DNA from: the human T2T-CHM13v2.0 reference genome, Homo sapiens
Assembly (NCBI RefSeq): GCF_009914755.1
Contig: NC_060926.1
DNA: 64,000 nt
Direction: 5' to 3' (one strand)
Part shown: in pieces, positions 46,576 through 59,541 of the stretch
Numbering within the stretch: position 1 is the first letter of the stretch
Layout: every line of letters begins with the position of its first letter
Notes under the pieces: generated by a model
Database searches by the model: none
What the model was told of the DNA's origin: nothing
Seen by the model: the letters and a program-made list of their open reading frames with translations, nothing else
Made by a program: the position numbers and the translations under genes

Positions 46576-47707
46576 TAAGAAACAGTGGTAAGAAGAGAGG
46601 TGAAGGCCTTACTATTTTTTTTTTCTTATGTTATGTGATGTGTTATTAAGGGGAACTCTTTCAGCAGGGCTACAATAAGCACCATAGTCTAATGATATAT
46701 ATTCATGGGAATGATATCAGAAAAAGGTAGAAAGATAGAGCAAGTAGATATGCTGTGACGATAACTTCACCTGTTTCAAAGATGCCATTGTTGTGTTGAC
46801 TTTCTCAAAACAAATGATGATGCAGAGACTTTTTATAGGGCGCTGCTCTTCCCACCCTGCCAAAGCGGTTGTCAGAACTTTTTTCTCAAGGCTTATTTGA
46901 GGAGATTATTCAGAAAATAACTTACACTGGACGAAGAGGTTGCTTTGCTTTAAGATTTATAGAGGTTGTAATACTAAATAAATCCTGAATTTATAAAATA
47001 AAAATCAAGTAAACCATTTTCTATTTGCATACTATAATTAGAAAAAAATAGGATATTTTAACATTCTTACTGTGAGAGATGTTGTTTACATGTTTCTGGG
47101 TTTTCTAAAAATTAATCTCATATTACACACAATTTGTTTCAAATTAAATTCCTGAAATTGTAATTTGCTGCTCTGAGGACTTAGTTACTTGGTGCATGAT
47201 ATTGAAGCTAAGGCTGAACGTTTGATTCCTGACATGAGTCACTTGATGTTACAGAGAACATATGCTTGACCAGAGACAGCACTTCTCATTTTGCTTGATG
47301 GGTAGCCTAAAGGAGGATTAGATTAAGCCAGCATTTGATGAAGCTCCGTCTACTCTGGGGAAGACAACTCAAAATACAAGTTACAGCAATGGTGAATGAG
47401 TAGCAAAATATTCATAAAGAGATGTTTATTTTAACATTACACAAAATGGGATTTTCAATGATAGCTATAATGAAATATATTATTTGACTCCCTCACAATA
47501 ATTCCCAAGGGAAAGTGAAAGAATATTTAATGGTGTTCAATGATTAAGGTATATAATTCTATAAATCCCAAAGAGTAAGACATAATCTTGTTTTTCACCT
47601 GTCAGTTTGAATATAAGAGGAGGCTTCAACTGGGCAATTCTTTCCAACTAAAATTTTAAAATACTTTTAAGAGAAAGCTTCTGTGGTAATCACAGTATGT
47701 TATAGCC

Positions 47708-48019
47708 CAGCGGTCCCCAACCTTTTGGGCAATAGGGACTGGTTTCGTGGAAGACAGTGTTTCCATGGATGGAAGCGTCCCACCTCAGATCACTAAGCAT
47801 TAGATTCTCTTAAGGAGCACGCAACCTATATCCCTTGCATGCCCAGTACAACAGGATTCATGCTCCTATGACAATCTAATGCTGCCACTGATCTGACAGG
47901 AGGTGAAATTCAGGTAGCAATGCTTGCTTGCCTACTACTCGCTTCCTGCTATGTGACTTGGTTCCTAACAGGCCAGAGACCAGTACTGGTCCCTGGGCCC
48001 CATTGGCTGAGCACCCCTG
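47708..48019. mobile_element. MER1B hAT-Charlie MITE
   Basis: TIRs cagcggtccccaacc...gcacccctg; internal attagattctc and aatctaatgctgccactgatctgacagg; degenerate 8-bp TSD ttatagcc/atacagac. Confidence 0.85.
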
Positions 48020-49617
48020 ATACAGACTTTTTCACGTAAATAACATTTCCAATTTAAAATATTTTCTTAATTAAATGAGGACTATCCCAAATGCATCAGT
48101 AAATTCTTGCAATCCTGCACTTTTAAATTAGGTTTCTTTTGGCTCCAATTTTTTTTTTTTGTATATTCAGATAGTTTCAGTTATTTCCACAGTTGCACTT
48201 CCTCAATATAGTGTAGTTTGCTAAAGTGTATATGGGAAACTACTAACATTTCTAATCTCACTTTACCCTTAAACTGTCATTAAAAATTCCTACCACAATT
48301 AGTTGTTTTCCAAATTAAGCAGATACCATATGTAAATTCATTTACCTTAATACTCAGAAATTAGTGGGCACATAATAAATATTAATTATCTGTTTATTTT
48401 ATATAATATTAACACTTTACAAAGTTAAATTTAAAAACATCATTTTTATATTTAATGTCAGAATGTTGATAATTATAAGACAAAAGAATATTCTCAAAAT
48501 ACGGTGGCAATATATTTTACCACAAAATATTTTATTTAATAGTAAAATGTATGAATGAATAAATGAGTATGATCATATTTGTTCATGTATGTTTCATCAT
48601 TTGAAGAAGTTGAATAATCTATTTTTCAACTAATCTATTTTTCAGTGTCTAAGAAATAGCCTAACATTTACTACAGTCATTCTTCACTTTATTGATTGGG
48701 AAAGATAATAATTATACTTTCTACTTCACTTTGCATACATCTTTCCCTAAATTTAGAGAAGTGCTAAATTTGGTAATCATTTCCTTGATGAGATGTAAGA
48801 AGTTAGAATGGTGACCAGTGTTTTCTAACTCTAAATTTAAGGAGACTTAACTTGCAACATTAAAACTCAAGAAACAGTAAATATTCTTATTGAAGCTGAT
48901 AAGAATCAATAAAAGTGTTACTTGAACACAATATGCTTCCAAAATAATTAAAATATTTAATAGGAAATACTGTTTGATAAAAATGCTTACATGAAAAGCT
49001 TAAAAACAAAAGGCACTATGTCTACCTAGCTCACTAGATAGCTATTTATAAATGACAAAATGATTATTTATCATGTCCCCCTTTTACCCTTGTGTTAACT
49101 AAATTGGGCATATCTGATAAATTATTATGTATTATTTACTACTATATGTATATAATTACATTTTAATATTGCATATAAATCATTACTTATTTACAGGAAT
49201 TCTTAACATACCTTTTGCAAGAATCCAAAGGCAACTGAAGTTCTTTTTAAGTAATTAAACTGAGCAAATAGGTAAAAGAAACACCTTTGCAATAAATGGT
49301 TAGAACATATTTGAGAATTCAAGTAATAGATCCAGATTCTGAGTATCTTTGTGGATAATCTGTCAGTTGTAATTATGTCTCCTCATTACTTTTTTTCTAT
49401 TGTAGTATTTAAAATGTTTAGCTATTAATGTAAATTTTCTTAATACTATTGCAAAAATAAATTTCTTAGAGAGACACATTTATTTCTTCTTTGTATGCTC
49501 TGTACCTGCTAAGTATCCCACACTTAATAAATATTGAATGAACAAGTGAATTGAATGAATAAATTAGAACTTGGCTGACAATGTTATATGTTACTTCTTT
49601 GGAATGCTCTAACAGTC

Positions 49618-49828
49618 TTTTTTTTTTTTTTTTTTTTTTTTTTGAGACAGAGTCTCGCTCTGTCACCCAGGCTGCAGTGCAGTGGCGTGATCTCGGCTCA
49701 CTACAAGCTCTGCCTCCCAGGTTCAAGCCATTCTCCTGCCTCAACCTCCTGAGTTGCTGGGACTATGGGCGCCTGCCACCACACCTGGCTAATTTTTTGT
49801 ATTTTTAGTAGAGATGTAGTTTCACCAT
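49618..49828 (-). mobile_element. 5'-truncated AluY-like element
   Basis: Poly-T, right monomer and linker present; stops at tttcaccat, so most of the left monomer is absent. Confidence 0.9.
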
Positions 49829-49832
49829 AAAC

Positions 49833-49833
<1 letters not shown>

Positions 49834-49895
<62 letters not shown>

Positions 49896-50037
49896 AGGAA
49901 GGAAGGAAGGAAGGAAGGAAGGAAGGAAGGAAGGAAGGAAGGAAGGAAGGAAGGAAGGAAGGAAGGAAGGAAAGAAAGAAAGAAAGAAAGAAAGGGAAAG
50001 AAAGGAAGGAAGGAAGGAAGAAAGGAAAGAAAGAAAA
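49834..50037. repeat. Compound polypurine microsatellite (GAAA)15(GAAG)19(GAAA)6 plus degenerate tail
   Basis: Direct reading; about 200 bp of purines only on the + strand. Confidence 0.97.
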
Positions 50038-51551
50038 CCTCTCAAGGGTTTTTTGTAGTGTTTTCTGCTGATTTAACATGGAATTTTCATCTATAAGTTT
50101 AATGCCCTGACTATAGATAACTTTTTTGATGAATTCCCTGCAAATCTACGTGTTTTTTTTTTGCTTTATTTTCTTTGTTTTGTAATCAAGGAGATTATTC
50201 TAGAAAAATCGCCAATGCAAGAAAACTTTGTAATTCAGTTCAAAAACATGTCATATGTACATTCCTATTTGTGCTTGCAATATCAATAGCTTCAATATCT
50301 ATTACTCTATTTCTTAGAGGAACAAGCATCAAATACTTATGAAGTAAGCAATTGATTCCCTAGAAGATGACAAATAGGGTAGAACATCTATATCATGGAA
50401 ATACCTTTAGGTTAAAAAGTGGAAATCTACCTCTATGGAATAAGTTTAGCACATAAATGTCTTGTTCACATTCACCAGAATAGAAACTGGATTAAGTTAA
50501 AGGAGTTGACATTTCACAGGATGATTGCAAAATCACGAATGTAGGCCCGAAAAATATAGCTACAAAATTACTTGATAGGAGAAAAAAGACAAAGAATCCC
50601 AAGTGAGAGAATGATTTTAGTAAGTTCAATAAAAATTAAAAATAAAACAGTAAGCAGTTAATATAATTGTAGAAAGCATTGATGTAGGTGTGAAATATGA
50701 AATAATGTGTGTTTTTATTATTGTCTATGTAGTATGTTTCAGTTCTTGGATAATTAGAATATTCTAGTTACTGAAAAATTATGATTTGAAATCATATTTT
50801 ATATGATGTGTACATATTTATAATATATATTTATAAATTCATATTCAAACATACAAATGTTATGATATGCTGACACAGTTCATTATTTTCCTTTTCAGTA
50901 ATATGATATCGTGGCTTTTATGTGTTCTTTTAATTTTGCAGAAATAAATTCCTTTAAGTTAATCAGCAACACTTTTTTTGTCTAGCTATTAAAATTGTTA
51001 CATATACATAATGAACTTATGAGTGTAATTTTGTGTGTTTTCAAAAGTATATGTTTCATCATAGTCAAAAATTACTTTTTTTGTTATTTCCTTTGGTTTT
51101 TGAAACAAATTATTTGTTAATTTAATTTAACTTGATTTAGCATTTAGTCATCAAATATAATTCTCACTATAGAACCTAGATAAAATCAATTAATGAAATA
51201 ATTATAGATATGGAGACCTTAAAGAGGCATCTCCAAATCTTTTGAACTTATTACTTTGTATATTTAAAAAATTATAATACATAGAAAACATAACTGATGC
51301 TATGTTATTTTGTAAGTTATTATAAATCTATGTATATTTCAAAATTTTAACAAGAAATTTGCATTTTTATGAATGTTTTTTCAGAATAAGTTTAACATTT
51401 TACAGTTCTTTAAACTTTGCAAAGTGAATGTGTTCTTAATGCTAAACACATGTGATGTTTTAAATAGAAAATGTTAATGCTCAATCATTTTAAATCATTC
51501 AGTGATATTCAATGACAATCATTTAAAACATCCAAAGATAAAAACAACTCT

Positions 51552-51646
51552 ATTTTACATATATATGTGTATATACTTTACATATATACATAGTTATTTT
51601 ACATATATATACTTTACATATATTTATTTTATATGTTATATATATT
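51552..51646. repeat. AT-rich degenerate tandem repeat (tttacatatata-like units)
   Basis: Repeated tttacatatat motif. Confidence 0.7.
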
Positions 51647-52095
51647 TAAAAATCTATGTTTAAGTTCTCCTTAATACCGTGACAAAACAATTTCAAGAGT
51701 AAAACTTGCTTGAAATGTCAATAACAGAATACTTGCTTAAAAATTTCTAAAATAAATTTACATAAAGGATTACTTCTTCTAAACTCTGCATCAGTAAGCA
51801 GTTTAGCAAGATAATTTTATAAGCATGGGGAGGAAGTTGTGCTCTTCTAAATATTCTCTATGATGTTGTCTTAGCCAAACAGCCAGATTATTCCCAAGCC
51901 AGTTGGAAGCCATGGCAACCTTGGTAATGTAGCTATTGGCATAATGCAGTTACCTGCTTCTGAAGAGTTCCCAGGATGTTCAAATCACAGTGTGGTGAGT
52001 TCTGCCAGATTCACTAGATGGTGTAGGGGAGGATGGGCAGCTAAGAAAAAGGAAACAACATTAACACAAACCACCACCACCACGACAACCACTGA

Positions 52096-52417
<322 letters not shown>

Positions 52418-52419
52418 AT

Positions 52420-52960
52420 AAGTGGGTTCTTTGGTTTTTAAATGTTTAGAAATTTTTCTTTTAATGTTTTGCTATTGACTTCTAGTTTGAATTGTGGTCA
52501 AAAGCAGTCTGTATTATTTCAATTATTTTATATTTTTGAGGTTTTTTTGTGGCTCAGAGTATTGTATATCTTGGTATATGTGCTGGGGATGCTTGAAAAT
52601 CATATCTATTCCCCTCTTGCTTTGTGGAGTGTTCTATAAATGCCAATTAGCGTCTTTTGATGGATGTTATTGTTGAGTTCTATGTCCTTAAATACTTGGG
52701 TTTTTGTCTTTTGCCAGTTTGGTGATATGTTCAGCTATTACTTCATTAAATAACTTTGGCCAGACCTGCTGTCCTTCTCTCTCTCTTTTTTTTTTTCTGG
52801 AACTCAGATAACATAAATATTACATCTTTTATTATAATCTCTCGGATCCCAAGACTCTGTTCATTTTTTTTTTCATGTACTTTCAAATTGAGTAACTTGT
52901 ATTTTTCTGTTTTTTAGTTCATTAATTATTTCCTTTGTCCTTCAACTTTTATGTTTATGC
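52420..52960 (-). mobile_element. Old L1M fragments
   Basis: ttgacttctagtttgaattgtggtca...gtggagtgttctataaatg L1M ORF2 antisense motifs. Confidence 0.55.
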
Positions 52961-53475
52961 ACTGAAAAGGTGACCATTCATTCTTACCTTGATATATATT
53001 TCAGCAATAAATATTAAAATTTTAAATACTAGGGGGTCAAACCTATAGTAGATCATGTTGGTGGCAGCTTGCATAGAATCACTGAGGAACACTGGAATGA
53101 AGCTCATCAGCCTCATCAAGTTTCCTCTTCTGATCACTTTCATGCTCCTATGCCCCACTAACCTTGCATAAGACATGGCCTCATTCCTTTAATCGCAGTA
53201 AAAACAGTGTATTTTCAGGCTCGAAGGAAAAATTAGTGCTGCTGAGGTCTGATATTTTACCTCTTAATTCATTACAAATATAATGTCACTAAAGTTAGAC
53301 TTCATTTGGCATGGATTAACTAAAAAATACAATTAGATAAAGATACTATTAATGATATTAATGATATAAATATCACCAATATATGTATATTCACCACGGC
53401 AATTCTTCTTTTTAAGCTCTATTACGGCTACATTATCTAAAACAGTTAATACTCTTCTAAATAAGTCCAACTTTA

Positions 53476-55301
53476 TTTTATTATTATTATTATTATTATT
53501 ATTGTTATTATTATTAATTTTACTTTAAGTTCTGGGATACACGTGCAGAATGTGCAGGTTGGTTACACAGGTTTACATGTGCCATGGTAGTTAACTACAC
53601 CTATGAACCTATCATCTAGGTTTTAAGCCCCACATGCATTAGGTATTTCTCCTAATGCTCTCCCTCCCCTTGCCGCCCACCTGCCAACAGGCCCCGGTGT
53701 GTGTTGTTTCCTTCCCTGTGTCCATGTATCCTCATTGTTCAATTCCCATTTATGAGTGAGAACATGCGGTGTTTGGTTATCTGTTCCTGTGTTAGTTTGC
53801 TGAGAACGACAGCTTCCAGCTTCACTCATGTCCCTGCAAAGGACATGATCTCATTCATTTTTTCTGGCTGCATAGTATTCCATGGTGTATATGTGCCACA
53901 TTTTCTTTATCCACTCTATCATTGATGGGCATTTGGGTTGGTTCCATGTCTTTGCTATTGTAAATAGTGCTGCATTAAACATACATGTGCATGTGTCTTT
54001 ATAATAGAATAATTTATAATCCTTTGGGTGTATACTCAGTAATGAGATTGCTGGGTTGAATAGTATTTCTGGTTCTAGATCTTTCAAGAATCGCCACACT
54101 GTCTTCCACCATGGTTGAACTAATTTACACTCCCACAAACAGTGTAGAAACGTTCATATTTCTCCACAGCCTCACCAACATCTATTGTTTCCTGAATTTT
54201 TAATAATTGCCTTTCTGACTGGCATGAGATGGTATCTCAATGTGTTGTTTTGAGAAGTTTCTACTCATATCCTTCACCCACTTTTTGATGGGTTTGTTTT
54301 TTTCTCATAAATTTGTTTAAGTTCCTTGTAGATTCTGGATATTAGACCTTTGTCAGATGGGTAGATTGCAAAAATTTTCTCCCATTCTGTAAGTTGCCTG
54401 TTCATTCTGACAATAGTTTCTTTTGCTGTGCAGAAGATCTTTAGTTTAATTAGATCCCATTTGTCAATTTTGGCTTTTGTTGCAATTATTTTTGGTGTTT
54501 CAGTCATGAAGTCTTTGCCCATGCCTTTGTCCTGAATGGTATTGACTAGGTTTTCTTCCAGGGTTTTTATGGTTTTGGGTTTTACACTTAAGTCTTTAAT
54601 TCATCTTGAGTTAATTTTTGTATAAAGTGTAAGGAAGGCATCCAGTTTCAGTTTTCTGCATACGGCTAGCCTGTTTTCCCAGCACCATTTATTAAATAGG
54701 GAATCCTTTCCCCATTACACGTTGGGTTGTCGAAGATCAGATGGTTGTAGATGTGTGGTGTTATTTCTGAGGTCTCTGTTCTTTGCCATTGGTGTATATA
54801 TCTATTTTGGTACCAGTACCATGTTGTTTTGGTTACTGTAGACTTGTAGTTTAGTTTGAAGTCAGGTAGCATGATGCCTCCAGCTCTATTCTTTTTGCCT
54901 AGGATTGTCTTGGCTATGCAGGTTCTTCTTTGGTTCCATATGAAATTTAAAGTAGTTTTTTTTCTAATTTTGTGGAGAAAGTCAATGGTTGCTTGATGGG
55001 AATAGCATTTAATCTATAAATTTCTTCTGGCAGTATGGCCACTTTCACAACATTGATTCTTCCTATCCATGAGCATGGAATGTTTTTCCATTTGTTTGTG
55101 TCCTCTCTTATTTCATTGAGTAGTGATTTGTTGTTCTCCTTGAAGAAGTCCTTCACGTCCCTTGTAAGTTGTATTCCTAGGTATTTTATTCCGTTTGTGG
55201 CAATTGTGAATGGGAGTTCATTCATGATTTGGCTCTCTGCTTGTCTATTGTTGGTTTATAGGAATGCTTGTGATTTTTGCACATTGATTTTGTATCCTGA
55301 G
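53476..55301 (-). mobile_element. 5'-truncated primate L1 (L1PA8-like) with disrupted ORF2 and (ATT)n tail
   Basis: Diagnostic taggttttaagccccacatgcattagg; ORF2 fragments in the ORF track; 16-bp TSD aataagtccaacttta/aataagtccagcctta. Confidence 0.93.
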
Positions 55302-55591
55302 AATAAGTCCAGCCTTAAATGACACAATAGTTTAAACATTTAGGGAAATATTTTTATTAGTTTTATTTGGCTTGGCTGGAATATATGACAAAAAATACCT
55401 GAATCCAAACTTTCTAAACATTTCTTCTAAATATCTGGCATTTCAATTCTATTTACACCATTTTTAAAACTTTAAATTTTTATAGCATGCAATTATTTGA
55501 TATGTTTAATCAAAATGCTTATGTTCATATCATAGAACTATGTATTTTAGAAAAATCTTACCAAAGAACCAGAAAAAAATTAAGAAGCTGG

Positions 55592-57874
55592 TGTATTAGT
55601 TTGTTTCCACACTGTTGATAAAGACATACCTGAGACTGGGAAGCAAAAGAGGTTTAATTGGACTTACAGTTCCACATGGCTCGGGAGGCCTCGGAATCAT
55701 GGTGGGAGGTGAAAGGCACTTTTTACGTGGTGGCGGCAAGAGAAGAAATGAGGACAAAGCAAAAGTGGAAACCTCTGATAAACCCATCAGACCTTGTGAG
55801 ACTTATTCACTATCACAAGAATAGCACAGGGAAGGCCGGGCCCCATGATTCAATTACCTCTTCCCATGTCCCTCCACAACATGTGAGAATTCTGGGAGAT
55901 ACAATCCAAGTTGAGATTTGGGTGGGGGCACAGCCAAATCATATCATTCTGCCCCTGGCCCCTCCAAATCTCATGTCCTCATATTTCAAAACCAATCATG
56001 CCTTCCCAACAGTCACCCAACGTCTTAACTCATTTCAGCATTAACCCAAAAGTCCATGATCCAAAGTCTCACCTGAGACAAGGCAAGACCCTTCCACCTA
56101 TGGGCCTGTAAAATGAAAAGCAAGCTAATTACTTCCTAGATACAATGAGGATACAGGTATTGGGTAAATACAATAATTCCAAATGGGAAAAATTGGCCAA
56201 AACAAAGGGGTTACAGGGCGCAAGCAAACCCAACATTCAGTGGGGCAGTCAAATTTTAAAGCTTCAAAATTACCTCCTTTGACTCCAGGTCTCACATCCA
56301 GATCATGCTGATGCAAAACATGTGTTCCCATGGTCTTGGGCAGCTCTGCCCCTCTGGCTTTACAGGGTACAGCCTCCCTCCTGGCTGCTTTCACAAGCTG
56401 GTATGAGTGTCTGCAGCTTTTCCAGGTGCACAGTGCAAGCTGTTAGTGGATCTACCATTCTGTGCCCTGGAGGACAGTGGCCCTCTTCTCACAGCTCCAC
56501 TAGGCATTGTCCCAGTAGGGACACTGTGTGGGGACTCCGACCCCACATTTCCCTTCCACACTGCCCTAGCAGAGGTTCTCCATGAGCGCCCCCAATGCAG
56601 CAAACTTTTGTCTGGTCATCCAGGCGTTTCCCTACATCTTCTGAAATCTAGGTAGAGGCCCCCCAACCTCAATTCTTGACTTCCGTATACCCACAGGCTC
56701 AATACCACATAGAAGCTGCCAAGGCTTGGGGCTTCCACCCTCTGAAGCCACATTTTGAGCTCTATGTTGTCACCTTTCAGCCATGGCTGGAGGGCTGGGA
56801 CACAGGGCATCAAGTCCCTAGGCTGCACACAGCACAGAGACCCTGGGCCTGGCCCACGAAACCACATTTTCCTCATTGGCCTCTGGGCCTGTGATGGGAG
56901 GGGCTGCCGTGAAGGTCTCTGACACGGCCTGGAGACATTTTCCCCATGGTCTTGGGGATTAACATTAGGCTTTTTGCCACTTACACAAATTTCTGCAGCT
57001 GGCTTGAATTTCTCCTCAAAAAATGAGTTGTTGTTTTTTTCTACTGCATCATCAGGCTGCAAATTTTCTGAAGTTTTATGCTGTTTACCTTTTAAATGGA
57101 ATGCTTTTAATAGCACCCAAGTCACCTTTGAATGCTTTGCTGCTTAGAAATTTCTTCCACCGGATAGCCTAAATCAACTCTCTCAAGTTCAAAGTTCCAC
57201 AAATCTCTAGGGCAGGGGCAAAATGCTGCCAATCTCTTTGCTAAAACATAACAAGGGACACTTTTGTTCCAGTTCCCAACAAGTTCCTTATTGCTATCTG
57301 AGAACACCTCAGCCTGGACCTTATTGTTCATATCACTATCAGCATTTTTGTCAAAGCCATTCAATAAGACTTTAGGAGGTTCCAAACTTTCCCACATTTA
57401 CCTGTCTTTTTCTGAGCCCTCCAAACTGTTCCAACTTCTGCCTGTTACCCAGTTGCAAAGTCGTTTCCACATTTTTGGGTAGCTTTTCAGCAACACCCCA
57501 CTTCCAGTACCAATTTACTGTATTAGTTTGTTTTCACACTGCTGATAAAGATATACCCAACACTGGGAAGAAAAGGAGGTTTAAATGGACTTACAGTTCC
57601 ACATGGTTGGGGAGGCCTCAGAATCATGGCACAAGGCAAAAGGCACTTCTTACGTAGCAGCAGCAAGAGAAAAATTGAGGAAGAAGTAAAAGCAGAAACC
57701 CCTGATAAACCCATCGGATCTCATTAGATTTATTCACTATCATTAAAATAGCACAGGAAAGACCGGCCCCCATGATTCAATTACCTCCCCCTGGATCCTT
57801 CTAATGACACGTTGGAATTCTGGGAGATACAATTCAAGTTGAGATTTGGGTGGGGGCACAGCCAAACCATATCA
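55592..57874 (-). mobile_element. THE1 (THE1D-like) MaLR element: 3' LTR 55592-55946, internal 55947-57518, 5' LTR 57519-57874
   Basis: Two direct-repeat LTRs (tgtattagt...catatca); polypurine tract next to the left LTR on the minus strand; 5-bp TSD gctgg/gctag. Confidence 0.95.
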
Positions 57875-59014
57875 GCTAGAAATCAGTTTTTGAAATGTAA
57901 CATACTGATGACATGACTGTGTACACGTTAGCTACCTGTAAGTAGCAAAGCCGATTTTCTATTTGCATAATGTCTTAGCATTAAAAGCCTATAATGCTTT
58001 GTATCTCATAAAAATTATCTACATAGTATTTTTAATCAGATGTTGAATTCCAGAAATTAAAAATATTACTTTGATTTGATTTTTTAAAAATATGCTACAT
58101 TAGTTGAACTCAGATGACAATGGATGATTTTTAAGAGGGAAACGTTATCCTCATTCTATTTTACACAATGAAAAGTCAATTTTCTTAAACAATATGGTCA
58201 ATTTCTAATTCTATTCAGTCATCAGATCATGCCATTGCTGATTTGTATTAAATTGTCAATATGCAGATATATTACCAGTCACCTGAGTTTGAATTTATTT
58301 TTAAAGACAAATTTCTTGCTTGCATTATATTATCATCTCACACTGCACTATAAACAATTATCAGCCTGTGCTAGAGATGATTTAGTTGCATATTTATTTC
58401 CAGTGGCCATACTTCAAATGGTTGAAGACTAATAATATGGTAATAGGCAATAATAACGATTCTATAATTTGAGATGTGTGACCCTTTATTAAATATTTGT
58501 AATGAAAGTAAAATTTTCTGCTAATAATTAGTTAAGACTAAAGCAGTAAAGAAGAGCAAGGGCTTTTAAAATTATGGTATGATTTGTTTAGATAAAAAAT
58601 ATTCAGATAAGCACTCTAAAACTTGCCCCATTGCCACTCTAACTCAAAGCACTTTAATCTTATTTATCCAGGGGAAAAAAATCACATTAATATAGAATGT
58701 AATTCTAATTCTCTATTTGTTTCTTTATAAACATTTTCCCAAATTTTGAAATAAGTTTACTCTGAGTCTTTTTTTGTGTTCAGAATATTTATGATGTCAT
58801 TAAACATGCCCAGAAAATAATTATTTAACAGGATACCAAAAAAAGCTCTCTAATGATATTAAAATGCAAATTAAGTTTGGAAAGCTAATTCCCAATGGAT
58901 CACCATTGCATAAATCACAAGAGATTATGATACTGGATTTCTCTGAGTATAAATCTATGTCATATATATTTAAAATAGAGAGTTGTAAATTACCCATATT
59001 ATAAACCTTGCTTT

Positions 59015-59140
59015 TCTTATTATTTTTAATTGCCACATAATAATTGTACATATTAATAGAGTACAGCATATTTTGATACATGTATACAATGTGTAATGAT
59101 CAAGTTTGAATAATTTGCATATCCATCATCTCATTTATCA
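59015..59140 (-). mobile_element. L1MA 3' end fragment
   Basis: acataataattgtacatatt...atgtatacaatgtgtaatgatcaa. Confidence 0.75.
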
Positions 59141-59541
59141 TTGATAAATTTAACAAATTTATTTTCTAAATTATCCCTTAATAGAAAAAGTTCATTTTTC
59201 CTTTTCGAAAAATACTACCCAAACCATTTGCACATATCAGTTATCAACTACCTCTACTAATATTGCCATTATCAGTTTTGAACATTGTTTTTCATGGCAG
59301 GAGACAATAACCAAAAACAATATTCTATTGAAAACTATAATAAACATAATACATATCTAAACACTTTTGACTAAATGACCTCAATCTATAGAAATGTCAT
59401 TCTTTCATCAAGTATTACTTTTTATTTTATTTCATTATTTATTTTTCTTTTATCAAAGATATATATTTTTATAATTTTTCATAAGCCAAATGCCCTTTTA
59501 ATATCTATAATTTAAAAATGAACTTTAATATTAAATATTTT

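Noticed and set aside
49701-50079. ORFs rich in FLPS/FFLS repeats
   Set aside because: Translation of the GAAA/GGAA microsatellite
55596-57714. Dense overlapping ORFs, up to 169 aa
   Set aside because: All lie within THE1 LTR or internal sequence; no intact gag or pol
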